A stretch of DNA of 64,000 nt, from assembly GCA_963790305.1 (NCBI GenBank), contig CAWBOC010000003.1:1-64000 (forward strand), written 5' to 3'. Below, piece by piece: positions 29,088 to 42,368 of the stretch; within the stretch, counting starts at the first letter, position 1; each line of letters starts with the position of its first letter. The notes beneath the pieces are model-generated. The model had not been told where the DNA came from, did not search any database, and saw only the letters and a program-made list of their open reading frames with translations. A program made the position numbers and the translations under genes. This DNA is from an uncultured Gemmatimonadaceae bacterium. GTDB lineage: Bacteria > Gemmatimonadota > Gemmatimonadetes > Gemmatimonadales > Gemmatimonadaceae.

Positions 29088-31071
29088 ATGGCTGAGAAAA
29101 TCATCGGAATCGACCTCGGCACCACGAACTCCGTCGTGGCCGTGATGGAAGGCGGCGATCCTGTCGTCATCCCCAACGCCGAAGGCGGTCGGGTGACGCC
29201 CTCCGTCGTCGGCTTCACCAAGGACGGTGAGCGCCTCGTCGGCACGGTGGCGAAGCGCCAGGCGGTCACGAACCCGCAAAACACCGTCTTCTCGATCAAG
29301 CGGTTCATGGGCCGGCGCATCACCGAGGTCCCGGAAGAGATCAAGCGCGTTCCGTACAAGGTCGTCAACGGGCCCAACGACATGGTGATGGTCGAGGTGA
29401 TGGGCAAGCGGTATTCGCCGCCCGAGATCTCGGCGATGATCCTCCAGAAGATGCGCCAGACCGCCGAGGACTACCTCGGGCACAAGGTCGAGAAGGCGGT
29501 CATCACCGTCCCCGCGTACTTCAATGACGCGCAGCGACAGGCGACGAAGGACGCGGGCAAGATCGCGGGCCTCGAGGTCCTCCGCATCATCAACGAGCCG
29601 ACCGCGGCCGCTCTCGCCTACGGTCTCGACAAGAAGAAGGACGAGAAGATCGCGGTGTTCGACCTCGGCGGCGGCACGTACGACATTTCCGTGCTCGAGC
29701 TGTACGACGTCGACGGCTCCCGCCAATTCGAGGTGAAAGCCACCAACGGCGACACGCACCTCGGCGGCGATGATTTCGACCAGCGCGTCATTGACTGGCT
29801 CGTCGGCGAGTTCAAGCGCGACCAGGGCATCGATCTGTCGAAGGACCCGATGGCGCTCCAGCGGCTGAAGGAAGGTGCCGAGAAGGCGAAGATGGAGCTG
29901 TCCACGGTGCAGCAGACGGACATCAATCTGCCGTTCATCACCGCGGACCAGTCGGGACCCAAGCACCTCAACTACTCGCTCACGCGAGCGAAGTTCGAGC
30001 AGCTGGTGGACGATCTCATCCAGCGCACGATCCCGCCAATGCAGCAGGCGTTGAAGGATGCCGGGATGAAGCCTGAGGAGGTCAACGAGGTCATCCTCGT
30101 CGGCGGCTCCACGCGAATTCCGAAGGTGCAGCAGATCGTGAAGGACTTTTTCAAGAAGGAGCCGCACAAGGGCGTCAACCCGGATGAGGTCGTGGCGATT
30201 GGCGCGGCGATTCAGGGGGCCGTGCTCACCGGTGAGCAGAAGGACGTGCTGCTGCTCGACGTTACGCCGCTCTCGCTCGGTATCGAGACGCTTGGTGGCG
30301 TGATGACGACGCTCATCCCGCGCAACACGACGATTCCGACGAAGAAGGCGGAAACGTTCTCGACGGCCGACGACAATCAGACCACCGTCGAGATCCACGT
30401 GCTCCAGGGCGAGCGCGAGCTCGCGCGCGACAATCGCACGATCGGCAAGTTCCAGCTCACCGGAATTCCGCCGGCACCGCGCGGGATGCCGCAGGTTGAA
30501 GTCGCTTTCGACATCGATGCCAACGGGATCCTGCACGTCACGGCGAAGGACAAGACCACCGGCAAGGAGCAGAAGATCCGCATCGAGGCGTCGAGCGGCC
30601 TGTCCGATACACAGATCGACCAGATGGTGAAAGACGCCGAGAAGCACGCCGACGAGGATCGCAAGAAGCGCGAGGAGATCGATGCGCGGAATCGCCTCGA
30701 TACCATGTCGTACGAGGTGGAGAAGAGCTCGAAGGAGTGGGAGGAGCGCCTCTCCGAGGAGCACAAGACCCGGCTGAAGGAGGCGATCGAGCGGGCCCGC
30801 AAAGCCCTTCGCGCCGACGACATTGCCGAGATCCGCGCGGCGCAGGAAGAGCTCACGAAGGCGTACAACGAGGCGGGTCAGTCGTTGTATGCCCAGGCGC
30901 AGACGACGGGCGCTGAGGGCGCTGGAGGCCCTGGTGCGCTGGAGGCGCCTGGAGGCGCTGCTGGCGGGCGCCGAGGGCGCTGGGCAGGGTCAGCCCGCGG
31001 GGGCGACTGCCGGCAAGCAGGACGACGTCGTGGAGGCAGACTACGAGATCGTCGACGAGAACAAGAAGTAA
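29088..31071 (+). CDS. dnaK: Molecular chaperone DnaK (apparent frameshift in the Gly/Ala tail near 30950)
   Basis: [35 protein letters not shown]; the typical end [16 protein letters not shown] lies in another frame stopping at 31071. Confidence 0.96.
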
Positions 31072-31098
31072 TCTGGCAATTCGCTGACAACTCCCCAC

Positions 31099-31136
31099 CG
31101 CCCGGCGTGTGTCGAACCTGAGACACACGCCGGGCG
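31099..31136 (+). terminator. Hairpin after dnaK (15-bp perfect stem)
   Basis: CGCCCGGCGTGTGTC-gaacctga-GACACACGCCGGGCG; weak U tail. Confidence 0.6.
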
Positions 31137-31214
31137 TTGGTCGTGAAAGCGCGAAACTTGCGCGCCAACGGCCGTGTATCACAGGTTGCACTCATCATCT
31201 GGCGGACACCCATC

Positions 31215-32781
31215 ATGTCTCGTACACTCGCGCGCGCTCGCCTCGGCCTCGTCGCGGCAGGCGCTTTCTTCGGCGGCCTGATCGTGGCCGCGGGCGTCAA
31301 CCTCACCCCGTTCGGCTACGCGCAGCAGCAGGCGACTGCGCCGAAGCCGAGCGCTCAAGAGGTCAAGCCACTCGCTGATGCGAGTCAGGCCTTCACGTCC
31401 ATCGCCGATCACGTCACCCCGGCGGTCGTGTCCATTCAAACGGAGCGGAGGGCGACGACGCGGGCCAACCCGCGACAGCGCGGGCAGGTGCCCCCAGGGC
31501 TCGAGGATTTCTTCGACCAGTTCGATCCGCGTCGCCAGCAGCAACAGCCGTCGCGCGGCTCGGGGTCGGGGTTCATCGTGTCGGCTGACGGATACGTCCT
31601 GACCAACAATCACGTCGTCGCCGACGCGGATCGCGTCAACGTCACGCTGATGGACAAGCGCGTGTTCAAGGCGCGCGTGGTGGGCCGCGATCCCTCGACG
31701 GACGTCGCCGTCCTCAAGATCGAGGGTGGCAAGTTCCCATCGGTGACCTTCGGGAACGACCTGAACACCCGCGTCGGCGAGTGGGTGCTCGCGATCGGCA
31801 ATCCGCTCGGGCTCGACTTCACCGTGACGGCCGGGATCGTGAGCGCCAAGGGTCGCAGCGGCGAGCTCCGCGGTCTGTACGAGAGCAGCTACGCGATCGT
31901 CGACTACATCCAGACCGACGCCGCGATCAATCCCGGCAACTCCGGCGGACCGCTGGTGAACATCCGCGGTGAGGTCATCGGCATCAATTCCGCGATCGCG
32001 AGCCAGACGGGCTTCTACGCCGGATACGGCTTCGCCATTCCGATCACGCTCGCCAAGAGCGTGATGGAGGATCTCATCGCGCATGGTCGCGTTCGCCGCG
32101 CCGTGCTCGGGATCGCGATCAACGAGGTGACGCCGGAAGACGCCGAAGCCGCCGGCCTCAAGGAGATTCGCGGCGCCCGCGTCGATGGCTTCACCGGCGA
32201 GCCCAGTCCCGCCGAGCGCGCCGGGCTCGAAGTCGGCGACGTGATCGTTGCCATCAACGGTCAGCCCGTCGAGCGCGTGGCGTCACTCCAGCGAATCGTT
32301 CGGGGCTTCGAGCCTGGCCAGCGTGTGCACGGTCGAAGTCATGCGGTTCGGCGAGCGCAAGACGGTCACCGTGCCGCTCACGGAAGCGCCGGCGGAGACG
32401 CAGGTAGCTGCGCGCGCGAACGACGCTGTCGAGAACGCTTCGGTATCGAACGTCAAGCTCGGAATCTCGGTGGAGCCGATCCCGGTGGAGCTCGCTCGTC
32501 AGGCAAATCTGGACGCCGACGCGCGCGGCCTGCTGGTGCGGGAAGTGGACCTCGACGGTCCGGCCAACCAGCAGCTGTTCGCCCGCACCGACGTGATCGC
32601 CGAGGTGCTGCGCCCTGCCCCACGCCGTGCGGTGAAGACGGTCGCTGATCTCGAGCGCGCGATTTCGCGTGCGCGCGACGGAGAGATCGTGTCGCTGTAC
32701 GTGTACAACATCGGCGCGCGAAGGGACGGCAGTGAACCGCAGGGACGCGTCGTCAATCTTCGCGTAGGCGGCGACGAGTAG
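31215..32781 (+). CDS. degP: DegP/HtrA (Do) serine protease with two PDZ domains (frameshift near 32328)
   Basis: GSGFIV, TNNHVV, DVAVLKI, QTDAAINPGNSGG; PDZ2 continues in the +1 frame to 32781. Confidence 0.9.
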
Positions 32782-32784
32782 AGA

Positions 32785-32925
32785 GGGAACTTCCGCAGAC
32801 GTCAGGGATCAGACGTCAGGTCTCAGGGTGCGGATGAACCTACGGGGAGCCAATTACTGGCTCCCCGTAGTCGTTTCTGACTGCTGACCCCTGACGTCTG
32901 AGACCTGACGTCTTCGGAAGTTCCC
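32785..32925. repeat. Inverted heptamer element with ~22-bp terminal inverted repeats enclosing a terminator hairpin
   Basis: GGGAACTTCCGcAGACGTCAGG ... CCTGACGTCTtCGGAAGTTCCC; internal tcagacg/tcaggtc-type heptamers. Confidence 0.8.
32840..32878 (+). terminator. Rho-independent terminator after degP
   Basis: 13-bp stem CTACGGGGAGCCA/TGGCTCCCCGTAG followed by tcgtttct. Confidence 0.7.
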
Positions 32926-32997
32926 GCTGGTGTTGGCTGCCGTCCCTGCGCTGGCAGAACTAGGCGCGAGCGCGCTCCAGCCTTAACTTTCCGGAAC

Positions 32998-33079
32998 GCG
33001 AAAGTGGCGGAACTGGTAGACGCGCAGGACTTAGGATCCTGTGGGGAAACCCGTCCGGGTTCGAGTCCCGGCTTTCGCA
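32998..33079 (+). tRNA. tRNA-Leu (anticodon TAG)
   Basis: Acceptor GCGAAAG/CTTTCGC, D-loop GGCGGAACTGGTAGACGC, anticodon arm CAGGA-CTTAGGA-TCCTG, long variable arm, GGTTCGAGTCC; CCA not encoded. Confidence 0.95.
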
Positions 33080-33117
33080 TCCACGTCACCGTTATGCGGC
33101 GGCTCGGTCGACGCTCG

Positions 33118-33672
33118 CTAGGGCTGCGCCTCCCCGACGCGGGACGGCGCGCCAAACATGTCGCGCTGACTGTGAGCGAACGCGGTGCGCAGGAGCGGGC
33201 GTCCGTCGGGGGCGCGCTGGGTGTCCGGGGCCTCGAAGACGAACGTCAGCCATTGATCGTACAGCGGCCGGGAGGGACGCTTCAGGGAGAAGCGCAGCGT
33301 ATCGACGAGACCGCCCGCTCGATCCCGCCGGATGCTCGAGAGCGGCGTCGCTACGCTCGCGTCCCCCACGCGCCACCGCGCGGCGGTATCGCCGCGGGCG
33401 AGCGCGACACGGAGGAGCACTTCGTCCTCAGGCTGTCCGCGGGTGTCGATCCGCCCCGACGTCACCAGCACCATGAGTGAATCTCGCCACACTTCCACCG
33501 TTCCCTCGAAGTCGCCGACGACGAAGAATTCCGTGTGCATCGACGACGCCCGAAACGGCCGTCGCTCTCCCGGCTCCAGATCCGGTTGCCGTGTCCTTCC
33601 AGCGCAGCCTGCCGCAACCGCGAAAGATGCGATCGCGAGGACGCAACGAAGTGGCAGTGTCGAGCGTTTCAC
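33118..33672 (-). CDS. Hypothetical lipoprotein
   Basis: GTG start, signal KRSTLPLRCVLAIASFAVAAGC; fills the gap between the tRNA and tig. Confidence 0.6.
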   Translation of the reverse strand: MKRSTLPLRCVLAIASFAVAAGCAGRTRQPDLEPGERRPFRASSMHTEFFVVGDFEGTVEVWRDSLMVLVTSGRIDTRGQPEDEVLLRVALARGDTAARWRVGDASVATPLSSIRRDRAGGLVDTLRFSLKRPSRPLYDQWLTFVFEAPDTQRAPDGRPLLRTAFAHSQRDMFGAPSRVGEAQP

Positions 33673-33783
33673 GGCGGGTATCCCCTGATTGTCCGGTAGG
33701 GTCAGGATAGTCGACGGTCGGCGTCTCGATAAGCCCCCGCTGCCGGACGCAGCATTTCTTTGCACCCCCATTATCTTGTCACC

Positions 33784-35024
33784 ATGGATTTAGAAATCAC
33801 GACGAAGAAGTCGGAGGGCGGCGCGCGGCACCTCGAAGTGCGCGTTCCCGCTGAGACCGTGGCGGACGCCGAGGACAAGGCGGCCCGGCGGTACGCGACG
33901 AAGCTGCGGCTTCCCGGGTTCCGGCCGGGCAAGGCTCCCGCCGCGATCGTTCGAAAGCGCTTCGGGCCGGCCATCCGCGAGGAGGCACTCAACAGCCTGC
34001 TCAACGAGGCGTACAAGGAGATCCTCGAGCGCGAGAAGATCCAGCCGGCAGGGCAGCCGCGCGTCGAGCACGTGCACTTCGACGAAGGCCAGCCGCTGAC
34101 CTTCGAGCTGCACGTCGAGGTGCGCCCCGAGATCGTCCTCGCCCGAACCACTGGCTTCCGCGTGCAGCGGAATCGGCGCCCGGTGAGCGACGACCAGGTA
34201 CGCGACCAGATCGAGCACCTGCGCGACCAGCGGGCGACGTGGACGCCGCTCGAGGAGAAGCCGCTGCCCGGCGACCTGGTGTCGGTTGAGCTTGCGACCG
34301 CGGACGAGATCGGGGGAGATGCCGGAGGCCAAGCAGTATCAGGTCGTGCTGGGTGCCGGACAGGCGATCCCCGGCGTCGAAGAGGTGATCATGGAAGCCA
34401 CGCCTGGCCAAACGGTCGAGCGGCCGGTGAAGTGGCCTGAGGATTTCCCCGACGAGGCGCAGCGCGGCAAGACGAAAGCGGTGCGCGTGAAGCTGGTGGA
34501 CGTCAAGCGGAAGCAGCTGCCGGAGCTGGACGACGCCTTCGCGCGCGAGGTCGGCGACTTCGATTCCATCGACGCGCTGACCACGACGGTGCGCGACGAT
34601 CTCGACCGCCACGCCGATCGCGACGCCGATGCCGAGGTTCGTCAGCGCCTGGTCGATGACATCATCTCCGCCAATCCGTTCGACATTCCGCGCAGCTGGG
34701 TCGACCAGATGGTGGAGGCGTACATCGAGGCGTATCAGGTCCCCGAGGAAGAGCGCGAGCGGTTCCGCGGCGAGTTCCGGGCGGTGGCAGAGCGTCAGGT
34801 GCGTCGCGATCTGGTGATCGAGACGATCGCCGAGAAGCAGAGTCTCAAGGCGACGCGAGAGTGACATCGACACGCGCGTGGCCGAGGTCGCCGAGAAGCG
34901 CAACGCTGACCCGGGGCAAGTGTACGCGTCGTTACAGAAGGCAGGACGAATTCGCGAGCTCGAGCGAAGCATCACCGAAGACAAGGTCTTCGCGTGGCTG
35001 CTGGAGCAGAACATTGTTGAGTGA
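33784..35024 (+). CDS. tig: Trigger factor (apparent frameshifts near 34310 and 34858)
   Basis: PGFRPGKAP ribosome-binding motif, FKBP-like segment, LPELDDAFA, and terminal [17 protein letters not shown] across three frames. Confidence 0.9.
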
Positions 35025-35034
35025 AACGTCAAAG

Positions 35035-35670
35035 ATGACCGACCAAGGGAACCCCGTGCCAATGTCCACGATCTATCCGCCCTACGTAATCGAGCGCTCC
35101 AGCCGCGGCGAGCGCACCTACGACATCTTCTCGCGGCTCCTCATGGACCGCATCGTGTTCCTCGGCACGCCGATCAACGACGATGTGGCGAACATCGTGA
35201 TTGCCCAGCTGCTGTTCCTGCAGGCGGACAATCCGGAGCGCGACATCCACGTGTACATCAACTCGCCCGGCGGCAGCGTGTCGGCGGGCATGGCGATCTA
35301 CGACACGATGCAGTTCCTCACCGCGCCCATTCGCACGATCTGCATGGGCATGGCGGCGAGCATGGGCGCATTTCTGCTGGCGGCGGGTACCCCCGGGAAG
35401 CGTTCGGCTCTCCCGCACGCCCGCATCATGATTCACCAGCCGTCAGGCGGAACGCAGGGCACGGCGGCGGACATCGAGATTCAGGCGCGTGAGATTCTGT
35501 ATCTTCGGTCGAAGATGAACGAGCTCTTCTCGAAGCATACGGGACGTCCCGTGGAGCAGATCGAGCGCGACGTCGATCGCGATCGCTTCATGTCGTCCGA
35601 CGAAGCGCGCTCGTACGGCATCATCGACCACGTGATTAGCGCGGCTAAACCAGTCGAGGTCACCAAGTAA
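35035..35670 (+). CDS. clpP: ATP-dependent Clp protease proteolytic subunit
   Basis: [30 protein letters not shown]. Confidence 0.96.
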   Translation: MTDQGNPVPMSTIYPPYVIERSSRGERTYDIFSRLLMDRIVFLGTPINDDVANIVIAQLLFLQADNPERDIHVYINSPGGSVSAGMAIYDTMQFLTAPIRTICMGMAASMGAFLLAAGTPGKRSALPHARIMIHQPSGGTQGTAADIEIQAREILYLRSKMNELFSKHTGRPVEQIERDVDRDRFMSSDEARSYGIIDHVISAAKPVEVTK

Positions 35671-35873
35671 TCGGGCTGTTCGTGGTTAGCTTTCCGTTGC
35701 AGTTTGCAGTCGCAATTGATGCTTGTGAAATTCTTCACGAGCGTCGCTGACAATCGTTACGCTTGACCGGGTCGGGGGTCAATCATTACGTATAGGCGCC
35801 CCCCCGCCCCGGCTTCAGACCGGGGCAACACGCCTGCCCCGCGGGCACCCGGTTTCCCTGTCTCGAGCAACTA

Positions 35874-37120
<1,247 letters not shown>

Positions 37121-37124
<4 letters not shown>

Positions 37125-37231
37125 GGCGCTAAGGGCGCTAGACGCGCTAAAGGCGCTGAGGGGCAATCCCTCAGCGCCTTCGCCTTTTGCGCCTCTAGCG
37201 CCTTTAGCGCCTTTAGCGCCTTTAGCGCCTT
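37121..37231. repeat. Inverted tandem 9-mer array (TARAGGCGC) between clpX and lon
   Basis: Four left units, central ctgagggg-caat-ccctcag, and several tagcgcctt units. Confidence 0.9.
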
Positions 37232-37250
37232 CGTCTTAGATTCTCTCCTC

Positions 37251-39634
37251 ATGCCCCTCGTCACTCGCGACGCCGACTCGTACGACATTCCGGAGCGCCT
37301 GCCGGTCCTGCCGCTGCGCGATCTCGTCGTGTTCCCGTACATGGTGGTCCCCCTCCTCGTCGGGCGCACCGCCTCTCTCGCCGCGATTGACGAAGCGGGA
37401 CGCACTGAGCGGTGGGTCTTCCTGGTCGCGCAGCGAAGCGCCGACGTGCAGGAGCCAGCCGCGGCGGATCTGTTCCGCGTCGGCGTGATAGGGCGAATCG
37501 TCCAGACAACGCGCCTGCCGAACGGAACGATCAAGGTGCTCGTCGAAGGGGTGGCTCGCGCCCGGGCGATGCGGTTCACGACCGCCGAAGGGCATCAGCG
37601 CGTTACGATCGCGGCGCTCCCGCTCGAGCCGGGCGACGACGCGACCGGTCACGCCATCGTGCGGCGCGCCGATGAGCTGTTCGAGGAATACGTCGCGCTG
37701 CACCGGCGCCTCCCGGGAGAGGTCCTCTCGGTGGCGCGCGAAGCGGAGACCGCTGACAAGCGTGCGTTCGCCATGGCGGCGCACCTGCTCGTCCGCCTCG
37801 AGGACCGGCAGCGCCTGCTCGAGTCGGCCACACGGGCCGAGCTCCTCTCGCGCATCGCGGAGCTTCTTGCCTCCGAGCTCGAGCTGCTGAGGCTCGAGCG
37901 GAAGATCGAGGACGACGTCAAAGGCGCGATCTTTCAGAACCAGCGCGAGTTCTACCTGCACGAGCAGCTGCGGGCGATTCACCGCGAGCTCGGGCAGGAA
38001 GAGAGCGACGATTTCGACGAGCTCGAGGCCGCGATCAGCCGCAAGGGGTTCCCGGAGGCGGTGCGCGCCCGAGCCGATCGCGAGCTGCGCAAGCTGCGGC
38101 GCACGCCGTCGCTCTCGCCCGAAGCGGCCGTCGCGCGCAACTATCTCGATTGGCTGGTGGCGCTGCCGTGGACGGAGCGCTCCGATGACGCCATCGACGT
38201 CGCGCACGCGCGTATTGTGCTGGAGGAGGACCATCACGGTCTCGAGGAGGTGAAGGATCGCATCCTCGATTTCATCGCCGTGCTCGGGCGGGTGGGCACG
38301 CTCGAGGGGCCGATCCTCTGTCTCGTCGGGCCGCCGGGCGTCGGAAAAACCTCGCTCGGCCGCTCGGTCGCCCGCGCGCTCGGACGCCGGTTCGTCCGCA
38401 TGTCGCTCGGCGGCGTTCGTGACGAAGCGGAGATTCGCGGTCACCGACGCACGTACATCGGCGCCATGCCCGGTCGGGTCGTGCAGGCCATGCGCCGCGC
38501 CGAGGTGATCAACCCGGTGCTGCTGCTGGACGAGGTCGACAAGCTCGGCCAGGACTGGCGCGGCGATCCCGCCGCTGCGCTGCTCGAAGTGCTCGATCCC
38601 GAGCAGAACCGCGCGTTCAACGATCACTACCTCGAGGTCGATTACGACCTGTCGTCGGTGCTCTTCGTGACGACCGCCAACTCGCTGGCGAACATCCCCG
38701 ACGCGCTGCGCGATCGGATGGAGATCATTCGCCTGCCGGGCTACCTCGATCACGAGAAGCACGCCATCGCGCGACGGTTTCTCATCCCGAAGCAGCTGCG
38801 TGCGAACGGCATCGATCCGGCCACCGTGGCGTGGGAGGACGGAGCGGTGCCCGCGATCGTGCGGGGATGGACTCGTGAGGCGGGCGTACGCGAGCTCGAG
38901 CGGCGGATCTCTCGCATCGCGCGCAAGCTCGCGCGCGGGCGCGCCGAGCGAAGCGCCGAGCCTGCTGAAGAGCGTGTGCAGGTGAGCGAACTCGCCGACG
39001 CTCCTCGGCACATCGCCGTTCGACGAGGACGATGTGACGCTCGACGACAAGGTCGGCGTCGCGGCCGGCCTCGCGTACACATCGGTCGGTGGCGAGGTGC
39101 TCGAGATCGAGGTCAGCGTCGTCCCCGGCCGCGGAAAGCTGCAGCTCACCGGTGCGCTCGGCGACGTGATGAAGGAATCGGCGACGGCGGCCATCAGCTA
39201 CGCGCGGGCCCGCGCGAAGCCGCTCGGCCTCGAGCCCGATTTCCACCGCACGCGCGACATCCACATCCACATTCCGTCGGGCGCCACGCCGAAGGACGGA
39301 CCCTCGGCCGGGATCGCGATCGCGAGCGCGGTGGTGAGTGCGCTCACCGGCATTCCGCTGCGGGGCGGGCTCGCCATGACCGGCGAAATCACGCTGCGTG
39401 GGCGCGTCCTTCCCATCGGCGGACTCAAGGAGAAGTCGGTCGCGGCGCTGCGCACGGGCATTCGAGAGGTCGTCATTCCCCGTGGAAACGCGCGCGAGCT
39501 GCCGGAGCTGCCGGAGGAAGTGCGCACCTCGGTGCGCTTTCACGTCGTGTCGAGCATGGATGAGGTGCTCGCGCATGCCCTCTCGCCGATGACCGCGACG
39601 CAGGGGCTCCACGCGTCCGCAGGTCGCACACTGA
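37251..39634 (+). CDS. lon: Lon protease (apparent +1 frameshifts near 38993 and 39605)
   Basis: [39 protein letters not shown]; probable true end QVAH* with TGA at 39632-39634. Confidence 0.93.
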
Positions 39635-40267
39635 TGACGACCGCGCGCGAGGCCGATCCGCTCGTCATCCGGCGGCTCGAGTTCCTCGGCGGCCAGGCAT
39701 CGGTCACGGGGTGGAAGCCCACCAGCGAGCTTCCCGAGATCGCGTTCAGCGGACGCTCCAACGTCGGGAAGTCGTCGCTGCTGAACAAGCTCGTCAAGCG
39801 GAAAGCGCTGGCGCGCGTGAGCGCGACGCCCGGCAAGACGCGCGAGATCAACTTCTTTCGTGTGAACGACGCGTTTCACCTCGTCGATCTCCCCGGCTAC
39901 GGCTACGCACGCGTCTCGAAGGCGGCGCGCGAAGCGTGGCGGCCGCTGATCGAAGGATATCTGGAGACGAGCGAGCATCTTCGCGGTGTCGTGCAGCTCA
40001 TCGACGCGCGACACGCGCCGTCCGACGACGACCTTCGCATGATGGACTTTCTCGGGTCGGTCGGCGTGCCGACCATTGTCGTCGCCACGAAGGTGGACAA
40101 GCTCTCGAGGGCGGAGCGCGGTCAGACGCTGGCAGCGCTTGCCGCGCGGCTCGGTGTCGAGGACGAGCAGCTCATTCCCTTCAGCGCGCGAACGGGCGAA
40201 GGTCGCGATGAGCTGGCGCACGCGGTGGTCGTCGTTGCTTGCGCAGCCGTCATGGAGAGACCAGTGA
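39634..40267 (+). CDS. engB: Ribosome biogenesis GTPase EngB/YihA (frameshift near 40230)
   Basis: GRSNVGKSS, TPGKT, DLPGYG and TKVDK motifs. Confidence 0.92.
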
Positions 40268-40903
40268 GAGCGTTCCTGCTCACACTGCTTTCGGTGAACC
40301 CTCGCATGCGCCTCGGGCACAGGCAGTCGAGCGCCGGACACGCCCGCCAATGCAACACGGCCCGAGCAGGCGACCGCGGACCTCCCGGTCGGCTTCGGCA
40401 CGCTGCATCAGGAAGACATCGCGCTTCGGATTCAATTGCCGTCGGTGCTGGTGCGCGCCCTCCCGCTGGACGAATCGGTGATTCGGGTGCTGTCGCCGGA
40501 CTCGTATCGAGGGCTGCACGAGCTGGTGACGAGCCGGCAGGCCGAGCTCGATGAGCGCGCGCGACGCTACGGCGCGCGGCAGCCGAGCCTATGGTACTTC
40601 TCCTATTACGGCGTGCAGCCGGACGCGCGCTTTTCGCCCGAGGAAGTGGTCATTACCAGCGCGGGCCGCGTCTTCCGTCCGCTGTCGATCGTGCCTCTCA
40701 CGACCGGCTTCGGCGAGCAGCGTCTCGAGCAGCGCGGCGTACAGACGGCGATCTACATCTTCGACGACGGCGTGGACGTGAACCTTCCGCTGGTCGTAAC
40801 CGTTCAAGGAGTACCGAGCGCCGGCTGGGAGGCGAACCTGCGCCGCATCGAGCGGGAGCGCGCACTCGTGCGCTCGCGAGCCGCGGCGCGATCGGGCAAC
40901 TAG
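40264..40903 (+). CDS. Hypothetical exported protein (frameshifted in the 5' half)
   Basis: GTGA overlap with engB, hydrophobic N-terminus, coherent C-terminal frame 40436-40903. Confidence 0.55.
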
Positions 40904-40978
40904 AGTCGAGGCCTCGGACCGCCGAAGACCGTAACTAACTGCCACGTCAACAGTGTTACGAACGGACCGGTAACGATC

Positions 40979-41812
40979 ATGGTTCTCCGCCCCCTCCGCG
41001 CCCTCACTCGCGCGCCGCGCTTGCCGGTCGTCGAAGCATGGCTCGAACAGCTCGCCGATGAACTGAAGGGTTCCGACGCCGATCGCGCCGAGATCTGTCG
41101 GCGGACGCTGGCCGAGCTCGTCTATCCCGAGTACGCGCGCAACTGGGAGACGGCGGTGGAGGACGAGTCGGTTCCGCTCGCGACGCGAGCGGCGCTGCTC
41201 GCGCTCGATCCGCGCAACATCACGCTCGAGCCGGAATACTACGCCGAGTGCGACGACGCGAAATTCCAGCGCGTGAAGCCGCTATTGTGGCTCTGGTACT
41301 CGTTCGACCGCACGGTGCGTTGGCGGACAGAACGTCGACGTGGGCGTGCGCCTGCGCCGGCTGCTCGCGCCGCAATGATCTTCAAGCGCGTGGGAGCGAA
41401 CTTCAAATGCTTCCAGTTCGTCGAGTTCTCCTTCGGCTACAATCTCGACGTGGGTGACGATGTCGTCGTGCACCGCCACGTTCTGCTGGATGACCGCGGC
41501 GGCATCGTGCTGGGTAACCGCGTCTCGATCAGCGATTACGCGAACATCTACTCCCACACGCACAGCATCGTCGACCAGAAGGACGTCACCGATCTCGAGA
41601 CGGTGCTCGAGGACGACGTCCGCATCACCTATCACGCGACGGTGCTCGCCGGCGTGCGCGTCGGGCAGAACGCGATGGTGGGCGCGATGGCCGTGGCGAC
41701 GAAGGACGTCCGCGCCTTCCACGTAAACGTCGGGATCCCGGCGAAGAGCGTGCGCGTGAAGCCGAACGCGCCACCGGACGCGTATGCGACCGTTCGGCGA
41801 CCGAGAGAGTAG
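40979..41812 (+). CDS. Hexapeptide-repeat (left-handed beta-helix) acyltransferase
   Basis: VGDDVVV, LGNRVSI, LEDDVRI, GVRVGQNAMVGAMAVATKDV, GIPAK; likely compensating indels near 41320-41375. Confidence 0.85.
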   Translation: MVLRPLRALTRAPRLPVVEAWLEQLADELKGSDADRAEICRRTLAELVYPEYARNWETAVEDESVPLATRAALLALDPRNITLEPEYYAECDDAKFQRVKPLLWLWYSFDRTVRWRTERRRGRAPAPAARAAMIFKRVGANFKCFQFVEFSFGYNLDVGDDVVVHRHVLLDDRGGIVLGNRVSISDYANIYSHTHSIVDQKDVTDLETVLEDDVRITYHATVLAGVRVGQNAMVGAMAVATKDVRAFHVNVGIPAKSVRVKPNAPPDAYATVRRPRE

Positions 41813-41890
41813 AATGCGGAATCCGGAATGCGGATGCGATGCGGATACGGTCACACGTTAGGGTTGATCCGCATTCCGAATTCCGCATTC
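41812..41890. repeat. Inverted heptamer array (GGAATGC type), ~24-bp stem between convergent genes
   Basis: GAATGCGGAATCCGGAATGCGGAT ... ATCCGCATTCCGAATTCCGCATTC. Confidence 0.85.
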
Positions 41891-41896
41891 GAGCGT

Positions 41897-42368
41897 TCAC
41901 TTTACGCGCAGAACGTCCTCCACCGTCCCCGCATCCCCTCCACGCAGCAGCTCCGCCGCGTCGCGCACGTTCGCGCGCTCGCGCGGCCAGGCGAAGCGGC
42001 GCTCGGCGTCGGCAATGGGCAGCCACTCGGCGCGCGTGTGCTCGGGACTCAGACGTAACTGCGCGTCGCGTACGACGGCGGCGAACACTACGGCGAGCAT
42101 CACCGCGCTCTGCTGGTGCAGATAGAAGGGCTGCACCGTGATGTTGTACAGGCGCTCCACGGTGAGGCCGGTCTCTTCGCGAACCTCCCGCATCGCCGCA
42201 TCCTCGGGCCGCTCGCCAGGCTCAATGCGGCCGTGCACCGTCTCCCAGGCCCCTGGGCAGCGCACTCCGGGCGCCCGCTCGAGAACGAGCGCGTCCCACT
42301 CCCCACTCTCGGCGTCGCAGCACGAAGACGTCGACGACGCCGACGCGAACCGCCGTCGCGTCGCTCAA
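41897..42368 (-). CDS. NUDIX hydrolase, NudB-like (frameshift near 42300)
   Basis: Nudix box GRIEPGERPEDAAMREVREETGL and LSPEH; N-terminus VRVGVVDVFVLRR in an adjacent frame. Confidence 0.85.

Noticed and set aside
28497..30764. 755-aa ORF antisense to dnaK
   Set aside because: Long antisense frames opposite dnaK are a known shadow, often mislabelled NAD-glutamate dehydrogenase, caused by codon bias in GC-rich DNA.
32998..33120. Prophage or integrative element at tRNA-Leu
   Set aside because: No integrase, no duplicated tRNA 3' end and no phage genes in the window.
33784..35024. tig, lon, dnaK, degP and trpE as pseudogenes or programmed frameshift genes
   Set aside because: No nonsense decay or consistent slippery motif; clustering of single-base insertions points to sequencing error.
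39034..40554. Apparent Lon-protease/EngB GTPase fusion ORF (506 aa)
   Set aside because: Removing one G from the run near 39603-39606 gives [10 protein letters not shown] with TGA overlapping the engB ATG (TGATG), the normal layout. The region is rich in insertion errors.
40930..40975. GTAAC/GTTAC words upstream of the acyltransferase as a Pho box
   Set aside because: The words are not at 11-bp spacing and the gene has no phosphate link.
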